A DNA stretch of 57,156 nt from an uncultured archaeon (GTDB lineage Archaea > Thermoplasmatota > Poseidoniia > MGIII > CG-Epi1). The DNA lies in assembly GCA_964578995.1 (NCBI GenBank), contig CAZOEZ010000003.1:1-57156 (forward strand), given 5' to 3'. A program made the position numbers and the translations under genes. The notes beneath the pieces were generated by a model that worked only from the letters and a program-made list of their open reading frames with translations, had not been told where the DNA came from and ran no database searches. This document shows, piece by piece, positions 49,128-57,156 of the stretch. Numbering within the stretch: position 1 is the stretch's first letter; every line of letters begins with the position of its first letter.

Positions 49128-49909
49128 GCAACGATCACGTCTCAAATTTGATGAAAGGGCACATGGAAACCTTAGCCACAGAAGGAAAGAGAGCTGATGG
49201 TAGAGGTATTAATGAATACAGAGAAGTTAAGATTGAAACGGGTATGCTTAACACTGCTGAAGGTTCAGCAATGGTTCACCTTGGAAAAACTAAAGTCCTT
49301 TGTGGGATAAAAATGTTGATTGGAACGCCATATGGTGATTCACCTAGGAGTGGAACTATGATGACCTCTACTGAATTAGCACCGTTGGCAGACCAATCCT
49401 TTGACCCCGGCCCACCAAGAGAACAATCTATTGAACTATCTAGAGTTGTAGATAGAGGAATTCGTGAATCTCGCATGATTGACTTTGAAGCTCTTTGTAT
49501 AGAAGAAGGTGAAAAAGTTTGGACGGTCTTTATTGACTTACATATTTTAGACAATAACGGAAATTTATTTGATTGTTGTACTTTAGCTGCCGCAGCTGCA
49601 CTTTCGAATGCTAAGATTCCAAATGTACAACATGGAGTAGCCGACGAAGACGTAAAATTGCCTGTTACTTGCTGGCCAATCTCATGTACATTCGGAAAAC
49701 TCGGTAATTCTGTAATTTTAGATCCAACCTCAGATGAAGAAGGTGTTATGTCTGCAAGATTTACAGTAGCCCATGATGAAAATGGAAACCTAAGGGCTGC
49801 TCAGAAAGGAATGAATGGAGCATTCACAGATTCGGAAATTAGAGAAGCTGTTAAAACAGCTCGAACAAGCGATAACGTTTTACGTGAGGCTCTAAAAGGT
49901 ATTCAATGA
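49124..49909 (+). CDS. rrp42: Exosome subunit Rrp42
   Basis: RADGR..EYR, PGPP, ELSRVVDRGIRES, LDPTSDEE. Confidence 0.96.
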   Translation: MSNDHVSNLMKGHMETLATEGKRADGRGINEYREVKIETGMLNTAEGSAMVHLGKTKVLCGIKMLIGTPYGDSPRSGTMMTSTELAPLADQSFDPGPPREQSIELSRVVDRGIRESRMIDFEALCIEEGEKVWTVFIDLHILDNNGNLFDCCTLAAAAALSNAKIPNVQHGVADEDVKLPVTCWPISCTFGKLGNSVILDPTSDEEGVMSARFTVAHDENGNLRAAQKGMNGAFTDSEIREAVKTARTSDNVLREALKGIQ

Positions 49910-50133
49910 GTCAAGGGACAAAAAAAGTAGGGAGTACAGGTCGTTTCGGAGCAAGGTACGGTGTATCTGTTCGAAGAAGGCTTGGAGCTGTGGAGAAGAA
50001 GCAAAGACAAAAATATGAATGTCCTTCATGCTCTAAAGTGAATGTGAAAAGGGTGTCTACCGGAATATTCAAATGCAACAGTTGTGATTATCAATTTGCC
50101 AGTGGGGCTTACTATCCCACAAAGGAGGAATAA
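49906..50133 (+). CDS. rpl37ae: 50S ribosomal protein L37Ae
   Basis: GRFGARYG..RR, CPSC..CNSC. Confidence 0.96.
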   Translation: MSQGTKKVGSTGRFGARYGVSVRRRLGAVEKKQRQKYECPSCSKVNVKRVSTGIFKCNSCDYQFASGAYYPTKEE

Positions 50134-50273
50134 TGGTCAATTACAAATGTGCATCGTGTGGAGCCAAATTAGACATGGATTTAGAAGTTCTTGGCCTTAC
50201 ATGTCGTGTTTGTGGTGAGAAGATTTTTTACAAAATAAGACCTTCAACCAAAAAGACCGTTACATCAGACTGA
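50133..50273 (+). CDS. rpoP: DNA-directed RNA polymerase subunit P (Rpo12)
   Basis: Not in ORF track (46 aa): MVNYKCASCGAKLDMDLEVLGLTCRVCGEKIFYKIRPSTKKTVTSD. GGAGG RBS and conserved position. Confidence 0.93.
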   Translation: MVNYKCASCGAKLDMDLEVLGLTCRVCGEKIFYKIRPSTKKTVTSD

Positions 50274-50500
50274 TGAAAGCTCAAGTGAGCCTGAAAACTG
50301 GAAAAAATACTAAAGCGATTGCGGAAGCCTTAGTTGATGAAGCAAAAGCTGGACTACCGAAAGTTAAAGTTGATGTTTGGCCTGCTGGAGAAAAATTGAA
50401 AATAGATTTGGAAGCAGAAGATTTTACAAGCTTGAGGGCTGCTTTGAACTCTTTCCTAGGATGGGCATATTGTGCAGAGAGTGTGATTAATCATGAGTGA
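50273..50500 (+). CDS. pcc1: KEOPS complex subunit Pcc1
   Basis: IDLEAEDFTSLRAALNSFLGW and operon position. Confidence 0.9.
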   Translation: MKAQVSLKTGKNTKAIAEALVDEAKAGLPKVKVDVWPAGEKLKIDLEAEDFTSLRAALNSFLGWAYCAESVINHE

Positions 50501-50873
50501 TATAACTCCTGAAAATGTACAAGAGAAATTAAACCTTTTTCAGCAAATACAGCAACAAGTTCAGAGTCTTTCACAACAAATATCCCAAGTCGATATGTCC
50601 ATTGGAGAAACAGAACGAACTTTAGAAGAAATCAAAGATGGTGGAAAAAAAGCCACGCTTTATCGTGCAATAGGTTCTGTAATGAAGAAAGTAGATGATA
50701 ATACCAAATTAATAAAAGACTTAGAAGAAGAAAAAGAAAGAATGGAAATTCGAAACAATAGTCTAAAAAATCAAGTTGGAAAAATGAACAAAGAACTTGA
50801 AGAAATGCAGAAGAAATTAGCTCCTATTGTGAAAAACATGCAGGAAACTAATGAGAAAAATGCTCCTAAATAA
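50493..50873 (+). CDS. pfdB: Prefoldin subunit beta
   Basis: Gln-rich coiled coil, LYRAIGSVM hairpin, operon position. Confidence 0.92.
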   Translation: MSDITPENVQEKLNLFQQIQQQVQSLSQQISQVDMSIGETERTLEEIKDGGKKATLYRAIGSVMKKVDDNTKLIKDLEEEKERMEIRNNSLKNQVGKMNKELEEMQKKLAPIVKNMQETNEKNAPK

Positions 50874-51807
50874 AAAAATAAGAGCCGCATTTCAAGAAGA
50901 ATTATTACTCCTTATACATCATCACGCTGACGTTGATTCTGTATCCTCTGCAATAGCTCTTGAATCTGTATTAGAGAATGCGACAATATGCGCTTCTGAT
51001 GGAATTAGTTCACATGGCCAGAAAATTGCAAGTAAAGTAAATTCTAAGATTTTGGGAAAACCTCCTGAAAAATGGGATGGAACTGTAGTTGCCTTAGACA
51101 GTCCGAATCCAGAACACTGTGGGCCAGTACCTAAAGCAAAACAAATTGTAGTTATTGACCATCATAGCAAAATTGAGGGATGGCCTAAAGGTACAGAAAT
51201 CATCCATCAACCTCAAAAGACTAGTACGGCTGAGATTATTTTTGATGTAATAAGAGAATTGGAATTAGAAATTACAAAAACTTGTGCAACTGTCCTTTTG
51301 TCAGGGATATACACCGATACGGGGCAATTCAGACACGCAAATAATGAAACTTTCAATACAGCAAGTGAATTATGTAATGCTGGGGCGGATCCTCAAGAAG
51401 TAATCAATATTCTTGATAGTGAAAGACCTCTCATTCAGAAAACAACTTTCCTCAAAGCTGCACAGAGAATGAAATGGATGCAAGAGGGAAAATGGATCAT
51501 TGCCCATAGTATTGTAGGTTCATTTGAATCAGGATCTGCTAGATTATTGATTGTACTTGGTGCTGATGTTGCAATAGTTGCCTCAGGTAACAAAAAAGGT
51601 GAAATGAGAATATCTACTAGGGCCTCAAATCGAATAGTATCAAATGGTTTTAATTTAACTACTATTCTAGAATCAATATCGAAAATGAATGGTGGATCTG
51701 CCGGTGGCCATCCTGGTGCTGCAGGCTATAATGGAAAAGGTGATCCAGAAGCAATAAGTGAAATTACAAAACAGAAATGCATCAGTGCCATAAGGGAACT
51801 TCCTTAA
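50860..51807 (+). CDS. DHH/DHHA1 phosphoesterase (exosome-operon associated)
   Basis: HHHADVDS, VIDHH, GIYTDTG, GGHPGAAG. Confidence 0.92.
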   Translation: MLLNKKIRAAFQEELLLLIHHHADVDSVSSAIALESVLENATICASDGISSHGQKIASKVNSKILGKPPEKWDGTVVALDSPNPEHCGPVPKAKQIVVIDHHSKIEGWPKGTEIIHQPQKTSTAEIIFDVIRELELEITKTCATVLLSGIYTDTGQFRHANNETFNTASELCNAGADPQEVINILDSERPLIQKTTFLKAAQRMKWMQEGKWIIAHSIVGSFESGSARLLIVLGADVAIVASGNKKGEMRISTRASNRIVSNGFNLTTILESISKMNGGSAGGHPGAAGYNGKGDPEAISEITKQKCISAIRELP

Positions 51808-51829
51808 CTGTAGGTTTGCATAAGGTTCT

Positions 51830-53167
51830 GTGAAATATAGGGCTATTTTCAGAATTTATGGATTGATTCTTGCCAATATGCTTCTGCTTATGGGTGGGCA
51901 ATTAGCCTACGTGTACATAGTAGGGCCTATTTCTATGGAAGATGGAAAGCCTATGACCTTACCTGATGTCCCACTTCTTGGCTTCTTGATAATAATACTG
52001 ATGATTGCGGGAGGGTTAATTATGGCTGCCATACTTCAAAGAAAACCATTACCAATGAGGTATGTAGCAGTTAATAGAAAACGACATGCAAAAACACTGG
52101 GAAATGATGAAGAAACAACCGAAACACAACAGTATAGACCAATTTATCCTGGCCAATTTAGTGGAAAAACAGGAGATATATATTACAATAAATCAGGTGA
52201 GGAAAATAACCTGAATTGGGGAAGTGGTGAAGAGGTTCCAAAAGATATAGACCGGAAAATGGGTTCTTTTTCCAAAAGAGAATTGCAATTACCTGGATCT
52301 GGAATTTTATTCTTTTGTTTTTTGATGGCTTTAGCAATAGGTTTGGTGGCCTTAAGTGAAAGAGGACCTTTCATCTATTTTTTCCCGATAGCATTCATAG
52401 TTGCATTTACTTTTCCAGGATTGATTTGGGTGAGTTATATTTATGATAGGACTATAACTTCTCCAGAACCCCAAAGACTTGTATTAATCGCACTAGCATG
52501 GGGTATGTTTTCGACATTGCCGGCAAGTATTCTAAATGACTTAAGTGCAAGGTTAATAGATGTGGATCAAAATGCATTATTGGGTAATGGGGGTTTTGGT
52601 AGAGCTGAGTTTATACTAGTCTCAGTAGTTGCCCCCATAGTAGAAGAATTATTGAAACCTTTAGGTTTAATTTTTGTAATTAAAAGGTTGAAAACACCAT
52701 ATGAAGGTGTGTTGTATGGCGTTGCATGCGGAATGGGGTTTGCTATAATAGAAAATTTACTTTATGAATTGTTCATAGTAATATGGGAAGGATCTGATGC
52801 ATGGACAATAAATGCATTTCTTAGAGGAATTGGATCAACCCTACTTCATGCAGTAGGACCTGCTGCAATAGGTTATGCTGTGGCCTTATCAAATCAAATG
52901 CAAGAACCTCGAAACAAAGTTTTACCGATTGCTTATCTAATTGGAGTTGTGATGCATAGTCTTTGGAATGGGTTTGCTACAATGCCATTTATTATGAATG
53001 GTAAAGAATGGGTATATATCTCATACCTTTGTATTGCGTTAATGGTTGCTACTTGCTTGGTATTTATTGTTAAGATACTCGAATATGGAAAAGAATACTC
53101 ACATATTGAATTAGAAGCAACTAGTTTTAAGGATTTAGAAGAAGAAGCAACAAATAGCGGTCACTAA
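51830..53167 (+). CDS. PrsW-family intramembrane metalloprotease
   Basis: APIVEELLK, GFAIIENLLY, conserved His in LLHA and MHSLWN. Confidence 0.9.
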   Translation: MKYRAIFRIYGLILANMLLLMGGQLAYVYIVGPISMEDGKPMTLPDVPLLGFLIIILMIAGGLIMAAILQRKPLPMRYVAVNRKRHAKTLGNDEETTETQQYRPIYPGQFSGKTGDIYYNKSGEENNLNWGSGEEVPKDIDRKMGSFSKRELQLPGSGILFFCFLMALAIGLVALSERGPFIYFFPIAFIVAFTFPGLIWVSYIYDRTITSPEPQRLVLIALAWGMFSTLPASILNDLSARLIDVDQNALLGNGGFGRAEFILVSVVAPIVEELLKPLGLIFVIKRLKTPYEGVLYGVACGMGFAIIENLLYELFIVIWEGSDAWTINAFLRGIGSTLLHAVGPAAIGYAVALSNQMQEPRNKVLPIAYLIGVVMHSLWNGFATMPFIMNGKEWVYISYLCIALMVATCLVFIVKILEYGKEYSHIELEATSFKDLEEEATNSGH

Positions 53168-53179
53168 ATGCAAGCGATA

Positions 53180-53298
53180 CCGTCCTTAGCTCAGACTGGC
53201 CAGAGCGGCCGGCTGTAGGGGTCTATCCCTTTTACCCGTGAGTACGGGAGGCCGCAGTTACCGGCAGGTCCCCGGTTCAAATCCGGGAGGACGGACCA
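53180..53298 (+). tRNA. tRNA-Tyr (GTA) with 41-nt intron at 37/38 (53219..53259)
   Basis: CCGTCCT/AGGACGG acceptor (C1-G72, A73), GCCGG CTGTAG|A CCGGC, TTCAAAT, encoded CCA, BHB helix CTGT/GCAG. Confidence 0.95.
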
Positions 53299-53311
53299 TT
53301 CTCCTAAAAAA

Positions 53312-54838
53312 TTATTTTGTTTTTCCTGGCATGTAAAATTTAACGAGTATTGCTGTAATGAAAGCTATTCCTGCAGACACCATCGCTGAACCAACCATAC
53401 CTTCCATGAAAGCCAAACGAGCATTATCAATTAATTCGGAACCAAGCATATTGCCTTCACTAAGTAATTTCCCACCTATCCTCATAGCTGCAGGAAATGA
53501 TTCTGTGGCAACTGGTGAATGAACTTCTAAACCTTCAGGAATTTTTACACTACTCTGATATATTTCGTTCAGAACACTCCCCCCAATAGCAATTCCAAGG
53601 GCACCACCAACTTCTCTACTAGCATCGTTAGTAGCACTTCCAACGCCTGCTTTGTCCTCAGGAATAGAATCCATAACCATTGTAGTTGAAGGTGCCATAG
53701 TTAGACCCATTCCTAGTCCAAGAATGAAAAATGTTAGTGCAATTCTAAGATATTCAGTGCCAACTTCTACGGTAGTGAATAGCAACATCCCTGTACAAAC
53801 TAATGTCAAACCGAGCGCTACAACGTTATTATTTCCAAATTTAGCAACTAATTTGTCACTGTTTGCTGCTGCAGGCATCAAACCCATAGGAAGAGGAATG
53901 AATCGAATAGCTGCAGCCAATGCTGTATGGCCTCTCACAAGTTGGAAATGTAACATTTGAGTAAACATAAAAGAAAACATTACAAAGAAAGCTAATGATA
54001 TTGCAACCAAACCCATCGTGAAACCCATATTGCTGAAAAGATTTATTGGCAACATAGGGTGCTCCGTGCTTCTTTCCCATTTAATGAAGCCAAAGGTAAG
54101 GACTAATCCTAATGCTGCAACCGCAAGTGTTTCAGTACTTGTCCAACCTACATTTGGTGCTTCGATGATTGCATAAAGTATAGATGAAAGTGCACCTATT
54201 GATAGAATAGAACCCACTAAATCCAAAGGACGCTTTTGACTATCCTTTGAATTCGGAACTAAGAAAAGACCAAGGATTAGGGCTACCAATATAACAGGGA
54301 TATTTATCCAAAAAACCATCTCCCAGCCATAATTTTCTACTGACCAACCGCCAACAATAAGTCCAATAGGGGCTCCAGCTCCAGCCATAGCGGCCCAAAT
54401 TCCAACAGCTTTCCCTCTTTCTTCAGAAGGAAACACAACGACGACAACCGAAAGAGTAGCAGGCATAACAAGTGCTGCACCAAGTCCCATTACTGCACGA
54501 GCCAAGATTACATGCTCAGATGTAGATGCATAATTTGCCGTTGCACCAGAAGTTAAAGCAACAACAATCAAACCTAATTGTAGTGCTGGCTTACGTCCAA
54601 AACGATCACCAATAGCCCCCATGACAAGAAGAGTCCCTCCAAAAACAAGCGCATACGCATCAACCATCCATTGAAGATCTGTATTATCTGCACCTAAATC
54701 TTGTGAAAGCTCAGGGAGGGCAACATTCAAGGTAACATTATTGAGAATTACAATAATTAAACTCAGACTCATTAAAGCAAGAATTATCCATCGTCTTTCG
54801 TACACCTCATCGGACACAACAGAATTTTCTTCACTCAT
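53312..54838 (-). CDS. MFS drug:H+ antiporter (DHA2, EmrB/QacA-like)
   Basis: [35 protein letters not shown]-like EMVFWINIP, about 14 TM. Confidence 0.93.
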   Translation of the reverse strand: MSEENSVVSDEVYERRWIILALMSLSLIIVILNNVTLNVALPELSQDLGADNTDLQWMVDAYALVFGGTLLVMGAIGDRFGRKPALQLGLIVVALTSGATANYASTSEHVILARAVMGLGAALVMPATLSVVVVVFPSEERGKAVGIWAAMAGAGAPIGLIVGGWSVENYGWEMVFWINIPVILVALILGLFLVPNSKDSQKRPLDLVGSILSIGALSSILYAIIEAPNVGWTSTETLAVAALGLVLTFGFIKWERSTEHPMLPINLFSNMGFTMGLVAISLAFFVMFSFMFTQMLHFQLVRGHTALAAAIRFIPLPMGLMPAAANSDKLVAKFGNNNVVALGLTLVCTGMLLFTTVEVGTEYLRIALTFFILGLGMGLTMAPSTTMVMDSIPEDKAGVGSATNDASREVGGALGIAIGGSVLNEIYQSSVKIPEGLEVHSPVATESFPAAMRIGGKLLSEGNMLGSELIDNARLAFMEGMVGSAMVSAGIAFITAILVKFYMPGKTK

Positions 54839-55119
54839 CTTATGTAATCCCACGTATCATTCGTCCAAACTGTAGATGCCTTCCATTGAGGTACCTTTCT
54901 TGGAACATACTCAGAACCGAATTGATCATATTTCTTTCTTTCACTATCATCTATCAAAACATGGTATGCTTCATTAATTTCTTTGAATTTTTCTTCAGAT
55001 GATTCTATGTCATCCGGGTTCAAATCAGGATGGAATTTCTTTGCCAATTTCTTGTAAGCTTTTTTGATAGATTCTGAATCTGCATCATTATCTATTTCTA
55101 AGATTTCGTAATAATTCAC
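54835..55119 (-). CDS. Small J-domain protein
   Basis: [40 protein letters not shown]. Confidence 0.9.
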   Translation of the reverse strand: MNYYEILEIDNDADSESIKKAYKKLAKKFHPDLNPDDIESSEEKFKEINEAYHVLIDDSERKKYDQFGSEYVPRKVPQWKASTVWTNDTWDYIR

Positions 55120-55144
55120 TGACGTTCAATAGATTGGAGTATAT

Positions 55145-55879
55145 CTAAGCGGCAGTCTGCCCACCATCTACCGTAATTATTGATCCAGTAGTCCACTCAG
55201 CTTCAGGCCCACAAAGATGCAAAGCCATAGAAGCAATCTCTTCCGGTTTTCCCATTCTACCTATTGGTTGAACACTATCTAATAATTCTCTTGAAACATT
55301 GCCTGCCTGAACTCTTTCATCGACCATAGGTGTATCTACAACCGCAGGACAAATACAATTTACTCGAATTTTACCTGCTAAATCAAGAGCCATTGCTTTG
55401 GTCAGATTAACAACACCTCCCTTGGATGCACAATAAGCTGCAGCCCCCCTCATTGCTCTAAGGCCAACTGTAGAAGATATATTGAGAATAGAACCACCGT
55501 CATTCATGTGTGGTAGAAATTTATTACTCATTAGAAAAGGACCTTTGAGATTAACATTTATCTGAATATCCCAGTCTTCTTCAGTAGTTTTTGTTATTCT
55601 TCCAGGGCGAAGTAGTCCTGCATTATTTACCAAAATATCCAATTTACCGTGCTTTTTTGAGAACCACTTAGTCATTGATTTGACGCTTTTTGAATCGCTC
55701 ACATCTAATTGGTAGGATTCACAACCAATTTTAGTTGCTGCCTCTGATAATTCTGATTCCGTTCTACTACAGATTATGACCCTAGCTCCTTCTTTTGTAA
55801 AGCGTTCAGCTATACTGTAGCCAATACCTTTGGAGCCTCCTGTGACAATTGCAATTTTACCATCAAGTAAACCAGACAT
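55145..55879 (-). CDS. Short-chain dehydrogenase/reductase
   Basis: TGGSKGIG, NNAG, YCASK, IRVNCICP. Confidence 0.95.
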   Translation of the reverse strand: MSGLLDGKIAIVTGGSKGIGYSIAERFTKEGARVIICSRTESELSEAATKIGCESYQLDVSDSKSVKSMTKWFSKKHGKLDILVNNAGLLRPGRITKTTEEDWDIQINVNLKGPFLMSNKFLPHMNDGGSILNISSTVGLRAMRGAAAYCASKGGVVNLTKAMALDLAGKIRVNCICPAVVDTPMVDERVQAGNVSRELLDSVQPIGRMGKPEEIASMALHLCGPEAEWTTGSIITVDGGQTAA

Positions 55880-55909
55880 TGAGTGGCTATCGATGGCAGA
55901 CTAAAGTGT

Positions 55910-57156
55910 TTATCTTCTTCGATATTTAAATCCAACTATAGCTAATACACTTACAATAGGCATCATGATGTTTGAGAATTCGGGAATTGCAGTACTCTCA
56001 TACCATGCTATCTCATCATCATTATATGCTGCCGAAACTACATCAAGATTCCCATCATTATCAATATCGGCTACAAATACACTAGATGGTTTTTTTATAG
56101 AAGAAGCAATATTGTTGGTAGTCCAACCATCATCTGGAGTACCATCATTTACATACCATCTAACTTTACCATTACTTGAAGTACCAGTTTCTGCACATGA
56201 TACGATATCAATATCTCCATCATGATCAATATCTATTGGGAATACAGACGTAGGTTTAGTTGGCGTAGCAACAGTGTAAGTTGTCCAAATAGCATCCCCA
56301 GGTGAGCCATCATTCAAATGCCAGGATACTGCGTTTCCACTATATGCTGCTGAAACTACGTCCAAGTCACCATCATTATCCATATCTGCAATTGCAACCG
56401 AAAATGCTCCACTTAATGCTCCTTTAATTCTTGTTGAGGACCAATCTCCACTCTCTGGCGTCCCGTCGTTTTCATACCATCTCACTTTATTCCCTTGATC
56501 TGCTTCAACAATATCTAAATCTCCATCGCCATCTATATCCCCGACATCTATGTCATATGGTTCTTTATCAGAATCGGAGGCATAAACATCATGTGGCGTC
56601 CAACCGCCATCATTTGGTGAACCATCATTCTCAATCCATATTGACTTACTTCCTATAAAAAGTGCCGCAACAATATCCAAATCACCATCATCATCAATAT
56701 CGGCTACATGAACTGATAAGGCCCCATCTGCATCTGAACCGCTAAGAACTGTTTCTGTAGTCCAAACTCCATTTCCTGGCGTCCCATCGTTTATGTGATA
56801 TAGAATTTTATCACCTGATCCTTCTGCTGATATTATGTCTAAATCACCATCATCATCAATATCTGCTACGAAAACATCGGCCATTCCTGTGGATGTGTAG
56901 TCTTTCACTGTATGCTTTGTCCAACCAGCATCAGGAGAACCATCGTTTTCATACCATGCAACTTGATTGTCCCCGTTTAATGCTGCAACTATATCCAAAT
57001 CTCCATCTCCATCTATATCTGCTGCTTGAACCGATTCGGCACCACCTGCTGCTGAATTTATACTGTATGTAGTCCAAGTCGGACTTATAGTGAAAGTGGC
57101 TGTATTCTCCCACCAAGCGATATCATCATCCTCATTTGACGCGGCCAGAATATCAA
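55910..57156 (-). CDS. FG-GAP/VCBS-repeat surface protein with PEF-CTERM-like signal (partial, runs off window end)
   Basis: Repeated ADIDxDGDLDI..WYENDG units. Frame stays open past 56998 to the window end. C-terminus IPEF-TM-YRRR. Confidence 0.88.
   Translation of the reverse strand, partial: DILAASNEDDDIAWWENTATFTISPTWTTYSINSAAGGAESVQAADIDGDGDLDIVAALNGDNQVAWYENDGSPDAGWTKHTVKDYTSTGMADVFVADIDDDGDLDIISAEGSGDKILYHINDGTPGNGVWTTETVLSGSDADGALSVHVADIDDDGDLDIVAALFIGSKSIWIENDGSPNDGGWTPHDVYASDSDKEPYDIDVGDIDGDGDLDIVEADQGNKVRWYENDGTPESGDWSSTRIKGALSGAFSVAIADMDNDGDLDVVSAAYSGNAVSWHLNDGSPGDAIWTTYTVATPTKPTSVFPIDIDHDGDIDIVSCAETGTSSNGKVRWYVNDGTPDDGWTTNNIASSIKKPSSVFVADIDNDGNLDVVSAAYNDDEIAWYESTAIPEFSNIMMPIVSVLAIVGFKYRRR

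Noticed and set aside
53270-53311. tRNA-Tyr 3' end as an island attachment site
   Set aside because: No duplicated tRNA 3' fragment or integrase is visible in the window. Cannot be excluded beyond the window end.
1-57156. Numerous short antisense or nested ORFs in the track (e.g. 1088..1459, 17905..18240, 40980..41375, 43595..44149)
   Set aside because: They lie opposite or inside well-supported genes and show no recognisable motifs, so they are shadow ORFs.
1-57156. CRISPR array, integrase, transposase or prophage
   Set aside because: No regularly spaced repeats, recombinase motifs or viral hallmark genes seen by eye.

Overview
A gene-dense, AT-rich archaeal chromosome segment, most consistent with marine Thermoplasmatota (Marine Group III or II; inferred from gene content, not searched). 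Core genes: gltX, PolD small subunit divergent from cdc6/orc1, trkAH, nop5, gatE, and the psmA-SBDS-rrp4-rrp41-rrp42-rpl37ae-rpoP-pcc1-pfdB-DHH superoperon. There are three tRNAs: an Asn-GTT/Ile2-CAT tandem and Tyr-GTA with a BHB intron. Envelope genes are interleaved: two sulfotransferases with a DHH phosphoesterase, three GT4 glycosyltransferases, a flippase, uppP, DUF368, a glmU-like gene, large Ig/PKD/FG-GAP surface proteins and lipoproteins. I saw no CRISPR array, integrase or transposase. The best leads are an ammonia-lyase with Ala-Cys-Gly in place of the MIO-forming Ala-Ser-Gly, a 1300-aa single-pass surface protein with a cytoplasmic coiled coil that sits divergent to a propeller-TPR gene, a putative glycan-sulfation module, two paralogous Zn-ribbon membrane proteins, and several ~50-bp divergent spacers with one central TATA element. 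None of these is shown to be a new system from sequence alone. Several starts were moved from the ORF track to more plausible codons.
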